Source: Acidobacteriota bacterium (GTDB taxonomy: Bacteria; Acidobacteriota; Terriglobia; Terriglobales; Acidobacteriaceae). Taken from it: a DNA stretch of 64,000 nucleotides. Below, one piece after another: positions 36,601-45,089 of this stretch; within the stretch, counting starts at the first letter, position 1, and the number at the start of each line of letters is the position of its first letter. Location: NCBI GenBank assembly GCA_043734125.1, contig JAYTFR010000083.1, positions 13,868 through 77,867 on the forward strand, written 5' to 3'. A model generated the notes under the pieces. That model saw only the letters and a program-made list of their open reading frames with translations, did no database searches and was not told the origin of the DNA. The translations under genes and the position numbers were made by a program.

Positions 36601-37761
36601 CCGAACGGTGGCACAAGGGCACAGAACTATAACGCTGGATTCCAAGCCAACGACTTCCGGAAGCTGGTCAACTACCAGGACATCAATATCGTTACCCACG
36701 GCGGCTATGCCAACTACAACTCGCTGCAGGTGGGCTGGCAGAAGGCGTCCGGACCGGTGACCTTCCTCACCAACTACACGTTTTCAAAGGTCCTCGGTAC
36801 CCGCGATGGCCAGACGGACAACGGTGCAGGAAACGGCACGTCCGTTGATCCGTTTAACCTGGCCAACAACTACGGCCAACTTGCGTACGATCACACACAG
36901 ACCTTCAATGCAGGGTACGTGTGGAACATGCCCAAGTTTGTTCACGGCAACAAGCTCATGGAAGGGTCGGTAAATGGATGGCAGCTGAGCGGGTTCTCCA
37001 CGTACTCGCAAGGCGCACCGCTTCAGCCGAACCTGAATGGAAACCTTAACGCTGGTTTTGCCGGTGGCTTGACGGTACCTACCCTCGGGGCTCCGGATCT
37101 TCCGGACTACAGCATCCCGCTGCCCAACGGGCTGAAGGCAAACAACGTGAACCCGGGAAGCTGGTATGGAACCGACGGGGGAGCAGGAGGGTACCGTCAG
37201 CTACTACCGGCACTAGTCTGCGACCCACGCAAACACGCTTCCGGGCTGTACTTCAACCCGAACTGCTTCACAACCCCCGCGCTGGGAGCCCATGGCGTTA
37301 ATAACTGGCCGTACGTGAGAGGTCCGGCATATTTTGACAGCGATCTAGCGCTGTTCAAAAATTTCCAAATCTCGGAGCGGCAGAAGGTGCAGCTGAGGAT
37401 CTCAGCGATCAACTTCCTGAACCATCCACTCCCGCAGTTTGGATTGGCTGGAAACGCCGATGAGAGCCTGAACTTGGCCAGTGGCGGCACGGTCCCGATC
37501 CCGCTAGGGAACATGCCTAATGCGGCGTCGGGCTGGAATGGAGTCATTCTTAATGCTGGGCAGCCAAATCAGGTAATATACCCGAACACGGAGTGCGGCT
37601 ATTTGAACTATGTGGGGCAAACCAACGGCGCGACCAGTACAGATTGTTTGGCCGTGGTCCACGGAATCAGCCCGACAAACACCAACACCAACTTGACCGG
37701 GAAACCGAAGTTCAAGACTGGTTCACGTACTCTAACCTTCGCTTTGAAATACTACTTCTGA
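33676..37761 (+). CDS. TonB-dependent receptor-like outer membrane protein with N-terminal carboxypeptidase-regulatory-like domain (1361 aa)
   Basis: Signal peptide. GTLSGTTMDSTGAVVANAKVSMKN...GSGYFSITAVQPGTYSVTVSAPGF (CarboxypepD_reg). Plug-like ETVQIEA...NETMIQDVPILGRDAGELIKLMPG. A long Gly/Asn/Tyr-rich beta-barrel ends in ...LTFALKYYF (terminal aromatic). GGAGG lies upstream of the ATG. Confidence 0.88.
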   Translation: MTSKSNLAVWTRAGLVACLAVFVSVASLSFGQQLTGTLSGTTMDSTGAVVANAKVSMKNQLSGDTRTTVSNGSGYFSITAVQPGTYSVTVSAPGFKNWEQSGIVFSQGDSRSLSQIALQVGAITETVQIEAGALSVPTDNAEVSTTLNETMIQDVPILGRDAGELIKLMPGAVSTNGINQGNSFSDKVVGTNTGPVGAYSVNGTQPNGSMAFMLDGANLVDPGNAGTQIANINQDMVSEVKMLMSSYSAEYAKGPVIFQAFSKSGGTQYHGEGYLYARNQALNSIDAYTHSQGQIPGDESFYYMGGNVGGPVIPGHKKLFFWGGYEYMRQHPAGSFHNYNTPTAEQRAGDFSETTIDGAPGKVLDPNTNQYVNTPLLAQLGTTWGYAYNIPWNLASGTTSPGPGNAVPVTPDPFATALLPLYPKANVAPSANNGWNNLILASNNPQNRWEATGKVDYAINDNTKLTGSYTRQIENDSIPFEMWWQGPAWSLPYPSNAIAKTVSQEVMANFTHVFNPTTTNEFVYTLARYINPAILTNPAAVDRYKIGFNVTPLFANNASVKQIPDFIAPWGGTLPDIRQVSFSSNFGAGKNAFGALKKDPSIYDNFTKVLGAHTVKVGAYWDTSGNVQSANGFNPNNKGAVNVANGWNGNDSGNDVADLLLGNAGSYQEVSSGGPVTGTYIKGHQYSVYAQDSFKASRQLTLNYGLRLDHVGQWFGPPNGAQVWDPALYSNVPWTSDPLTGACLTNCNTGLTWHAINSSIPVSGFVSPTFYYEPRVGFAYDIFGNGKSVLRGGFAAFRYQVAVNDVGGPFNGPAGIFTYTAFNKTTPQFTGNTGTPQYNGQPCTGFETINCAASLGFTPPSGSVQNGGSFQAILKGDNKTPVVYDWNMTVSQAMPWRSVLEVSYVANKSQNQLLNSGNSGDTNQNAVQPGGYFFPDAAKGGLYTSTSALTCNNSGNDGNGVPKAAGNALDCIQPGPNGGTRAQNYNAGFQANDFRKLVNYQDINIVTHGGYANYNSLQVGWQKASGPVTFLTNYTFSKVLGTRDGQTDNGAGNGTSVDPFNLANNYGQLAYDHTQTFNAGYVWNMPKFVHGNKLMEGSVNGWQLSGFSTYSQGAPLQPNLNGNLNAGFAGGLTVPTLGAPDLPDYSIPLPNGLKANNVNPGSWYGTDGGAGGYRQLLPALVCDPRKHASGLYFNPNCFTTPALGAHGVNNWPYVRGPAYFDSDLALFKNFQISERQKVQLRISAINFLNHPLPQFGLAGNADESLNLASGGTVPIPLGNMPNAASGWNGVILNAGQPNQVIYPNTECGYLNYVGQTNGATSTDCLAVVHGISPTNTNTNLTGKPKFKTGSRTLTFALKYYF

Positions 37762-37784
37762 AGCGAAGCGGTTGATTACAATGA

Positions 37785-37813
37785 GGGGTGGCCTTACGGC
37801 CACCCTTTTTTTA
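37785..37813 (+). terminator. Rho-independent terminator after the receptor gene
   Basis: GGGTGGCC-ttac-GGCCACCC (8-bp stem) is followed by TTTTTTTATT. Confidence 0.85.
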
Positions 37814-37819
37814 TTCCCC

Positions 37820-39493
37820 ATGCGCGGACCTTCTCGAATCGCCAGCGTGCTGGCATTTTTGTTTCTTGCCCTGGCCGGGAAAGCGGCGGACGCTCCCAGT
37901 CCTATCCGCTTCGAACTCAAGTCGATCCCATTCCAATTGGAAAACGATGCCACGCCGGCGCGCAACGCTCCGGAAACCATGCCGGGCGGCGTGGCAATCT
38001 TCGATTACAACGGCGACGGACGTCCTGACATCTTCTTTACCAACGGCGCTAATATTGCCACGCTGAAGAAAGATGACCCCAAGTACCGGAACCGGCTGTT
38101 CAGGAACGACGGCAACGGGCTATTCACCGACGTGACGGACGGTGCGGGCCTGGCAGGCACTGGTTATGACATGGGCGTTGCGGCCGCGGATTATGACAAT
38201 GACGGCCATCCCGACCTCTTCATCGCTGGCCTTCACCACAGCACTCTCTATCACAACAACGCCGACGGGACTTTCACCGACGTTACGGTAAAAGCAGGCC
38301 TGGATGCCGCGCTGAATCGTCCGGATCCAGAGTACGGTCCGCTGTGGTCGATTACGGCGGCTTGGGTGGACGTGAACGACGACGGCCTGCTCGACTTGTT
38401 TGTGGTGAACTACCTGCAATGGCAATACTCTGACAAGCCGCTTTGCAGCGTGCAAGGGCAGGCGGATTACTGCCATCCCAAGTATTACAAGGGAACTCCC
38501 AACCAGCTTTTCCTCAACAACGGTGACGGCACGTTCCGGGACGCCTCCAAGGAATGGGGACTTCGCGAACATCCCGGGAAAGGCATGGGTGTGGGAGTGG
38601 CCGACTACGATCAGGACGGCAAGCCTGACCTGTTTGTCACCAATGACGCGCAATACAATTCGCTGTTCCATAACACCGGCAGGAAGTTTGAGGAAGTGGC
38701 ATTTCAGGCGGGCGTGGCGCTTCCTGAAGACGGCGCCTTCATTTCCGGCATGGGGCTCGATTTCCGCGATTACAACAACGATGGCTTTCCCGACATCGCC
38801 TTTGTCGCTCTCGCGCAGCAGACCTTTCCCGTCTTTCAGAACACCGGGCACGGCGACTTTCAGGAAGCGACCACTCCCGGTGGAATGCGCGAGCTGAGCT
38901 ACCCCATGGACGGGTTCGGCGCCGCGCTTTACGACTTTGACAATGACGGCTGGAAGGATCTATTCGTAAGCCGGGGTGATGTCGACACTCTCAAGACGCG
39001 CGGGCGTCCGGTCTTTGAAAACAACACCGTCTTTCGCAACCTGGGGTCTGGAGGCAAATGGCGGGCGCTTACCGAAGAAGCTGGATTCGATGCCAGCCCG
39101 CCGGCACAGCACCGCGGGTGTGCGCTCGGTGATCTTGAGGGCAACGGCAAAATTGACATCGTAGTGACCGCCATCGGCCGGCCCGCGGAGATATGGATGA
39201 ACCGGAGCCCCAACCCGGGACATTGGCTGGAGATCGCACTGAGAGGCACCAAGAGCAATCGCGACGGCATCGGCGCAAGCATCAAGGTGATCAGCAAGAC
39301 GGTTGGCGCACAGTTCAATCACATGACGTCGAGTGTCTGCTATGCGTCATCTAGCTATGGCCCGGTGCATTTTGGGCTTGGTGCGGATGCTCGAGCGGAA
39401 TCCATCGAGATACGTTGGCCGTCCGGCATCGTCCAGAAGCTGGAGAATGTTTCCGCTGACCAGATACTAAGAGTCACCGAGCCTGCCAAGTAG
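37820..39493 (+). CDS. CRTAC1-family protein (FG-GAP/VCBS + ASPIC/UnbV), Sec signal
   Basis: I set the start at ATG 37820, just after the terminator (MRGPSRIASVLAFLFLALAGKAADA). FDYNGDGRPDIFFTNG, FRNDGNGLFTDVT and the C-terminal GHWLEIALRGTKSNRDGIGASIKV...GPVHFGLG are family motifs. Confidence 0.85.
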   Translation: MRGPSRIASVLAFLFLALAGKAADAPSPIRFELKSIPFQLENDATPARNAPETMPGGVAIFDYNGDGRPDIFFTNGANIATLKKDDPKYRNRLFRNDGNGLFTDVTDGAGLAGTGYDMGVAAADYDNDGHPDLFIAGLHHSTLYHNNADGTFTDVTVKAGLDAALNRPDPEYGPLWSITAAWVDVNDDGLLDLFVVNYLQWQYSDKPLCSVQGQADYCHPKYYKGTPNQLFLNNGDGTFRDASKEWGLREHPGKGMGVGVADYDQDGKPDLFVTNDAQYNSLFHNTGRKFEEVAFQAGVALPEDGAFISGMGLDFRDYNNDGFPDIAFVALAQQTFPVFQNTGHGDFQEATTPGGMRELSYPMDGFGAALYDFDNDGWKDLFVSRGDVDTLKTRGRPVFENNTVFRNLGSGGKWRALTEEAGFDASPPAQHRGCALGDLEGNGKIDIVVTAIGRPAEIWMNRSPNPGHWLEIALRGTKSNRDGIGASIKVISKTVGAQFNHMTSSVCYASSSYGPVHFGLGADARAESIEIRWPSGIVQKLENVSADQILRVTEPAK

Positions 39494-39576
39494 AAGCAAG
39501 CAGGTCTCCCGCCCGCCCCTGAACTCTGACTTCTGCGCTTGTATCATTGGAATATGTTTCCCGTTGGGAACGTCCG

Positions 39577-40992
39577 ATGAAAGACTTTGCCATCGCGATC
39601 GTGCGCAGGCTGCGCGAGAGCGGGCACCAAGCCTATCTGGTGGGCGGATGCGTGCGCGATCTTTTGCTGGGCCGCGAACCTGACGACTTTGATGTCGCGA
39701 CCGACGCTCCTCCGCACGACGTAATGCGGATTTTCCCCGAAACTTATGCCGTGGGGGCGCAGTTTGGGGTTGTGCTGGTGCCGCATCCCGCGGCCCAACC
39801 CTCTGACTGCCACTCACAAGCGAAGGGGAGTTCCGCGGCGGAGACACGTGCTTCCTCGCCAGTCCTTGGACATCAGCACAAGGCCTACGTCGAAGTTGCG
39901 ACCTTTCGTTGCGATGTTGGCTACTCCGACGGACGGCATCCTGACGAAGTGCGCTTCAGCCGCGATCCGCGCGAAGATGTTGAACGCCGCGACTTCACAA
40001 TTAACGGCCTGTTGCTCGACCCGGTCACGAACGAAGTTCTGGATTTTGTCGGTGGGCAAAAAGACCTGCAAGCCGGTCTTATTCGCGCCATCGGCGAGCC
40101 CGAGCGACGCTTTTCCGAAGATAAGCTGCGAATGCTGCGTGCCGTGCGCTTTGCGGCCCGATTCGGCTATGAAATTGATGCGGGAACATTTGACGCGATT
40201 CGGAAACTGGCGCTAGGAATTCATCAGGTTTCGCAGGAGCGAGTCCGCGACGAACTGACGCGCATGTTGACCGAAGGGCGCGCCCGGCTCGCCTTTGAAC
40301 TGCTCGAAGAAAGTGGACTCCTGCCCCAAGTCTTGCCCGAGATCCAGGCGATGAAAGGGGTTGAGCAACCGCCCGAGTTCCATCCCGAGGGCGATGTCTT
40401 CATCCATACGCTGTTGCTGCTCGAGCGTCTCCCGAACCCATGCACGCCGACTTTGGCGTGGGGGGCACTGTTGCACGATGTGGGTAAGCCACCGACTTTT
40501 CGGCGCGCGCCTGACCGCATCCGCTTCGACGGGCATGTGGATGTGGGCGTGAAAATGTCTGAGGCGATCTGTGCGCGGTTGAGGTTCTCGAACGACGATA
40601 CTGAGCAGATTCTCGCGCTGATTCATAACCACATGCGCTTTGGCGACGTGCAGCGCATGAAGGCCTCAACGTTTAAGAAGTTCATCCGCCAGCCGCGTTT
40701 TGATGAGCACCTGGAACTGCACCGTCTGGATTGCGAGTCCAGCTATCGCAATCTCGACTCCTACGACTTCACTCGCCACCAGATCGCAAGCCTCAGGCCC
40801 GACGCCATCCGCCCGGTGCCACTGATCAGCGGGGATGACTTGATCGCCGCTGGGTACGTACCCGGTCCGTTGTTCAAGGAAATTCTGGGTGCAGTAGAGG
40901 ACGCGCAGTTGGAGGGCCGGTTGTGCACGAAGGAAGAAGCGATGCGCTTCCTGCAACACGAGTTTCCGCAGGCGTCGCGGCAGGAGTCGTAA
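39577..40992 (+). CDS. cca: CCA-adding tRNA nucleotidyltransferase with HD domain
   Basis: YLVGGCVRDLLLGREPDDFDVAT (class II NT signature), EVATFR, RRDFTINGL, and the HD region LLHDVGKP. I set the start at MKDF; the track TTG start at 39547 is less likely. Confidence 0.9.
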   Translation: MKDFAIAIVRRLRESGHQAYLVGGCVRDLLLGREPDDFDVATDAPPHDVMRIFPETYAVGAQFGVVLVPHPAAQPSDCHSQAKGSSAAETRASSPVLGHQHKAYVEVATFRCDVGYSDGRHPDEVRFSRDPREDVERRDFTINGLLLDPVTNEVLDFVGGQKDLQAGLIRAIGEPERRFSEDKLRMLRAVRFAARFGYEIDAGTFDAIRKLALGIHQVSQERVRDELTRMLTEGRARLAFELLEESGLLPQVLPEIQAMKGVEQPPEFHPEGDVFIHTLLLLERLPNPCTPTLAWGALLHDVGKPPTFRRAPDRIRFDGHVDVGVKMSEAICARLRFSNDDTEQILALIHNHMRFGDVQRMKASTFKKFIRQPRFDEHLELHRLDCESSYRNLDSYDFTRHQIASLRPDAIRPVPLISGDDLIAAGYVPGPLFKEILGAVEDAQLEGRLCTKEEAMRFLQHEFPQASRQES

Positions 40993-41266
40993 GAGTTGAC
41001 CTTCTCGAACCTTGGAGCGCCGGACTTTGGTAGCTGTGAAATCTCTGTCAAGCCCCTGCGAAGTCGATCTTTCCATCAACCCCAACAAAGCAAAGCGACA
41101 ATAAAGTTCAAGATCGTGGCACAATCTCCCTGCGCGAATTGCTATTCTGGAATTAGTAGAGAAAACGCTCAGACGATTTCATCGGTTGACGAAGCGTGCC
41201 GCTCGCGCTCCAACAAGTTGTCTCCGATGATAAAATCGAAGCTCCGTGGAACCAATTAATTCAGCA

Positions 41267-41563
41267 ATGGAAAAGCTGGTGGCTGGGAGCCTGCGCAAGG
41301 CGCCCCGGTCTGAAGTTCCTTTGCTGGCGTGGCCTATGGCCTGTGGTTCGGCAGTGGCTGCCCGCACTCGCGCACTGGAGTTTTCGCGCGGCGTGCTGAG
41401 GGTGGAAGTCGCAGATTCCGCATGGCGCGCCGAACTGCAACATCTTGCGCCCAAGTATGTCGCTATTTTGAATAAGTACGCCACCGGCGTGAGCCGAGTC
41501 GAGTTTGTGGTCCGGGACAAGGTAACGCAAGATGGAATCGGCAGAGGATTAAAGCAGGCATGA
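41267..41563 (+). CDS. DUF721 / DciA-like protein
   Basis: AWPMACGSAVAARTRALEFSRGVLRVEVADSAWRAELQHLAPKYVAILNKY fits the DUF721 pattern (W..vG..ia..t.p..l..g.L.V.v.ssaW..EL). Its stop overlaps the gatC ATG (ATGA). Confidence 0.65.
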   Translation: MEKLVAGSLRKAPRSEVPLLAWPMACGSAVAARTRALEFSRGVLRVEVADSAWRAELQHLAPKYVAILNKYATGVSRVEFVVRDKVTQDGIGRGLKQA

Positions 41564-41898
41564 AAGTCAGCGAAAAAGACGTGGCCTATGTCGCCGGCCT
41601 GGCGAACCTGGAACTGACGGAGCAGGAAACCGCGCGCATGGTGCGCGACTTGAACTCGATTCTTGGTCATGTAGATTCGTTGAGCGAGTTGGATACCAGC
41701 AACGTGCCGCCGATGGCGCAGGTTTCCGATCGCTACGGATTGGGTGAATCCAAGCAGGGAAGCGAGCGCTTCGCCTACGCCAGCCGCGAGGACGTTCCCG
41801 AGGGCCTGCGCAAGTCACTACCGAATGACGTCGCACTGGCGAACGCGCCGGATTCTGACGGGACTTTCTTTAAAGTTCCTAAGGTGATTGAAAGATAG
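41560..41898 (+). CDS. gatC: Asp-tRNA(Asn)/Glu-tRNA(Gln) amidotransferase subunit C
   Basis: VAYVAGLANLELTEQETARMVRDLNSILGHVDSLSELDTSNVPPMAQV is typical GatC. Confidence 0.9.
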   Translation: MKVSEKDVAYVAGLANLELTEQETARMVRDLNSILGHVDSLSELDTSNVPPMAQVSDRYGLGESKQGSERFAYASREDVPEGLRKSLPNDVALANAPDSDGTFFKVPKVIER

Positions 41899-41980
41899 TG
41901 GATAGTGGCCGGCACGAAGCCGGTCTGACGCGGACCACTATTCGTTTTTGCCAACGACCAACGGCCCACGACGAGACTGA

Positions 41981-43414
41981 ATGGACCTTACCTCTCTCAC
42001 CATCGACGCCGCCCTGTCCGCCGTTGCCGAAGGCAAGACCAGCGCCACGGCGCTGGCGGAATCGTTCTTCGCCAAGATCGAGAGCGACGACCCGAAAATT
42101 GGCGCGTATCTCTTGCTGTCGAAAGAACGTGCACTGGCGAAGGCTGCGCGAATCGATGCGCTAGTGAAAAAGGGTGAGAAGCTTCCTCCGCTGGCGGGCG
42201 TTCCAGTGGGAATTAAAGATGTCCTGGTTACGAAGGGCGTTCGCACAACCGCGGGATCGAAGATTCTCGGCAACTACATTCCGCCGTATAACTGCACGGC
42301 GGTCGCGAGGCTCGAAGCTGCGGGCGCGGTGGTACTCGGCAAACTCAATTGCGACGAATTTGCCATGGGCTCGTCCAATGAAAATTCGGCGTTCAAGCCA
42401 GTTCACAATCCGCGGGACCTTACGCGCGTCCCTGGCGGATCATCTGGCGGTTCCGCTGCCGCCGTTGCCGCCGATATGGCTGTGGCTACGTTGGGTTCGG
42501 ACACCGGCGGATCCATCCGTCAGCCGGCGTCTTTTTGTGGCGTGGTGGGACTCAAACCGACCTATGGCCGCGTGTCGCGCTACGGGTTGATCGCGTTCGC
42601 GTCATCGCTCGACAACATTGGGCCGTTTGCCAAAACGGCGAAAGACGCTGCGATCATGTTGCGAACCATAGCGGGCCGCGATCCCATGGATTCGACTTCG
42701 GCCGACGTTCCGGTTCCAGATTACGTGGCCGAACTCGACAAGCCGGTGAAGGGCATGAAAGTCGGCGTGGCGAAAGAATATTTTGGGGAAGGCCTCGAAC
42801 CGGAGAGCCGCGCGGCGATTGAAGCCGGGATCCAGAAGCTGGCAAGCCTGGGATGCGAGATCGTGGATGTCTCGCTGCCGCATACAAAATACGCGATTCC
42901 CGCGTACTACTTAGTTGCGACAGCTGAGGCGTCATCGAACCTGGCAAGATTTGATGGTGTGCGTTATGGGTACCGTGCAAGCCATGTCCGTTCGCTCAGC
43001 GACATGTATCGCCGCAGCCGCGACGAAGGTTTTGGCGGCGAGGTGAAGCGTCGCATTATGCTGGGGACGTATGCGCTCAGCGCCGGATACTACGAGGCGT
43101 ATTACTTGAAAGCCCAGCGCGTGCGCACTCTGCTGACGCGTGACTTCGAAGAAGCATTCAAGAAAGTGGATGTGATTGTAGGGCCCACGAGCCCTACCCC
43201 GGCGTTCAAGCTGGGAGAAAAAGTCGACGACCCGCTTGCCATGTATCTCGCGGACATTTACACGGTGACTGCAAACCTGGCGGGCATTCCAGGGGTTTCG
43301 ATTCCGGCAGGCGTCTCGAAAGAGAAGCTGCCGATCGGCATGCAGATCTTCGGCAAACACTTCGCCGAGGGCACGATTCTGCGCGTCGCGCACGCGTACG
43401 AAAAAGCGGCGTAG
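41981..43414 (+). CDS. gatA: Asp-tRNA(Asn)/Glu-tRNA(Gln) amidotransferase subunit A
   Basis: Amidase signature [10 protein letters not shown]...TTAGSKIL...[12 protein letters not shown]...[12 protein letters not shown]. Confidence 0.95.
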   Translation: MDLTSLTIDAALSAVAEGKTSATALAESFFAKIESDDPKIGAYLLLSKERALAKAARIDALVKKGEKLPPLAGVPVGIKDVLVTKGVRTTAGSKILGNYIPPYNCTAVARLEAAGAVVLGKLNCDEFAMGSSNENSAFKPVHNPRDLTRVPGGSSGGSAAAVAADMAVATLGSDTGGSIRQPASFCGVVGLKPTYGRVSRYGLIAFASSLDNIGPFAKTAKDAAIMLRTIAGRDPMDSTSADVPVPDYVAELDKPVKGMKVGVAKEYFGEGLEPESRAAIEAGIQKLASLGCEIVDVSLPHTKYAIPAYYLVATAEASSNLARFDGVRYGYRASHVRSLSDMYRRSRDEGFGGEVKRRIMLGTYALSAGYYEAYYLKAQRVRTLLTRDFEEAFKKVDVIVGPTSPTPAFKLGEKVDDPLAMYLADIYTVTANLAGIPGVSIPAGVSKEKLPIGMQIFGKHFAEGTILRVAHAYEKAA

Positions 43415-43436
43415 GCTCTAAGGCATTACCACAAAG

Positions 43437-43496
43437 GACACGAAGGTACACGAAGGAAGTCCGGAAATTCCTTCGTGAAACTTCGTGTCTTTCTTG
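43437..43496 (+). terminator. Bipartite REP-like hairpin (probable gatA terminator)
   Basis: The outer stem GACACGAAG / CTTCGTGTC is 9 bp (43437-45 with 43481-89). The inner stem CACGAAGGAA / TTCCTTCGTG is 10 bp (43449-58 with 43468-77). TTTCTT follows. The element contains the direct repeats ACACGAAGG x2 and CTTCGTG x2. Confidence 0.6.
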
Positions 43497-43763
43497 GTTG
43501 TTGCTTGTAATTACCCCTTCGCGCGTCACTCACTGACAAATTCAGTGCCGTAGGCCTTTGGTCAATGACTATTCGTCTTTGGCCGGGGCCGTCGTGCGTC
43601 GCTCGGCCGCACATCTGCAACGCCCGCGACCCAGGACCAGATTTCTTCTAGTCATAGCGAGTTGTGTACAGCGTACGACCAATGGTCGACACCCAATACC
43701 GCACGACGAACGCCGTGCGACGCACGACAACAACTCAGATTTTCAATCTCACGGAGAAACCCA

Positions 43764-44345
43764 ATGAACGCTCATTCACCATCCAAAGTTCTTCTTGCGC
43801 TCGTGCTCGCGATTTCGATCGCGGCCACGGGTTGCAGCTCGCAGTGGATCAACATTGCTCTGCAAGATTTGCCCGTGTTAACGCAGATGGCACTGAACAT
43901 CGCAGGGCTGGTCGGCACGGTCTCCGGCAAACAGGCAAATCCCTCTGATCTCGCAGTGATTCAAAACATCTCAGCGCAGGCGGGTCGTGACTTGAACCTG
44001 TTGCAGTCGCTTTACGCGGAGTACAAAGCAAATCCTAATGCCGCGACGCTGGCGAAGATCCAGAGCGCCATTGCCGATATCAACCAGAATCTGCCGGCGT
44101 TGCTTGAGTCTGCGCACGTGTCGAACCCCTTGCTGACGGCCCGCGTGACGGCTGCGGTGAATCTGATCCTGGCAACGGTGAACAGTTTTGCCGCGCTGAT
44201 GCCGTCGCCGACGGGAGTCAAAGCCCGCACGCTCGTCACGCCTTTACCGAGCGCGTCGGAACTGAAGACGCAATGGAATCTGCAAGTCTGCGCGCCGGCG
44301 GGGACGTCTGACGCACCTCCCTTCTCGCGATGCATGGTGCGGTAG
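43764..44345 (+). CDS. Lipoprotein, all-helical, unknown function
   Basis: MNAHSPSKVLLALVLAISIAATGC (lipobox ATGC), with GGAG 8 nt upstream. The remainder is Ala/Leu/Asn/Gln-rich. I moved the start from the track value of 43662. Confidence 0.7.
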   Translation: MNAHSPSKVLLALVLAISIAATGCSSQWINIALQDLPVLTQMALNIAGLVGTVSGKQANPSDLAVIQNISAQAGRDLNLLQSLYAEYKANPNAATLAKIQSAIADINQNLPALLESAHVSNPLLTARVTAAVNLILATVNSFAALMPSPTGVKARTLVTPLPSASELKTQWNLQVCAPAGTSDAPPFSRCMVR

Positions 44346-44352
44346 GCGCGCA

Positions 44353-45042
44353 ATGCCGATTCCTGTCATCGCAATTACGAATGCCTCTACCTGCTTGAGC
44401 GATGAGCAGGTGGAGGCCGTGCTGCCCGCGCTGCAGAGGCAAGTCAGCTACGACTTTCGGGCCTACTGGGATCTCGATTGCACACTCACATTTTTGGGGA
44501 AAGACCAGCGGCCGACCAAGGGCTGGTGGCAGATCGTGGTCGTCGACAACCCGGACCAAGCCGGAGCACTCGGCTATCACGAACTAACCAGCGCCGGGAC
44601 GCCGTTAGGGAAAATCTTCGCGCAGTTCGACATCCAGAACGGTTCTTCCTGGACGGTTACCTTCAGTCATGAATTGCTTGAGATGCTGGCCGACCCCTGG
44701 ATCAACTGGTGCGCGGTGGGCAGCGATAATCGCGTGTACGCGCTCGAAGTGTGCGATCCAGTGGAGGCCGACGGTCTGGGATATCGCATTGACAGTGTGC
44801 TGGTATCGGATTTCATCACGCCGGCATGGTTTGAACGGACCTGCGCCGACCGAGTGGACTTCCAGCAACATGTCACGCGCGAACTGGAACTCGTAGCGGG
44901 CGGATATATATCGATTTTCGAAGCGCAACGCGGCTGGAGGCAAATTACAGCCCAGGGCGAAGGCGGGCCGAGTGGCGCTCCGGGAAGCCGCAGGCAGCGC
45001 AGAAAAATGGGTAGGGAGGCGTGGAAGAAAAGTGAGCGCTGA
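44353..45042 (+). CDS. Hypothetical protein with GYHE ... SHELLEMLADP motif pair and basic C-terminal tail
   Basis: 229-aa ORF lying 7 nt after the lipoprotein gene. No signal peptide. Conserved-looking acidic/His motifs ALGYHE and SHELLEMLADP. The tail is PGSRRQRRKMGREAWKKSER. I recognise no family. Confidence 0.65.
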   Translation: MPIPVIAITNASTCLSDEQVEAVLPALQRQVSYDFRAYWDLDCTLTFLGKDQRPTKGWWQIVVVDNPDQAGALGYHELTSAGTPLGKIFAQFDIQNGSSWTVTFSHELLEMLADPWINWCAVGSDNRVYALEVCDPVEADGLGYRIDSVLVSDFITPAWFERTCADRVDFQQHVTRELELVAGGYISIFEAQRGWRQITAQGEGGPSGAPGSRRQRRKMGREAWKKSER

Positions 45043-45089
45043 AACGTCAATGATGTGCCAAGAACTTGACTTGGGCCTGACGAAGTTCT

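Noticed and set aside
40996-41259. 87-aa plus-strand ORF and overlapping minus-strand ORFs (40666-41124, 41179-41670) in the cca to DUF721 gap.
   Set aside because: They have no SD and a low-complexity Ser/Arg/Lys composition. They overlap flanking genes and show no motifs.
44353-45042. Calling the GYHE/HELLEM protein a zincin metalloprotease.
   Set aside because: The motif is HExxE, not HExxH, and no third-ligand motif (E, GTxDxxYG, Met-turn) is recognisable. I leave it as hypothetical.
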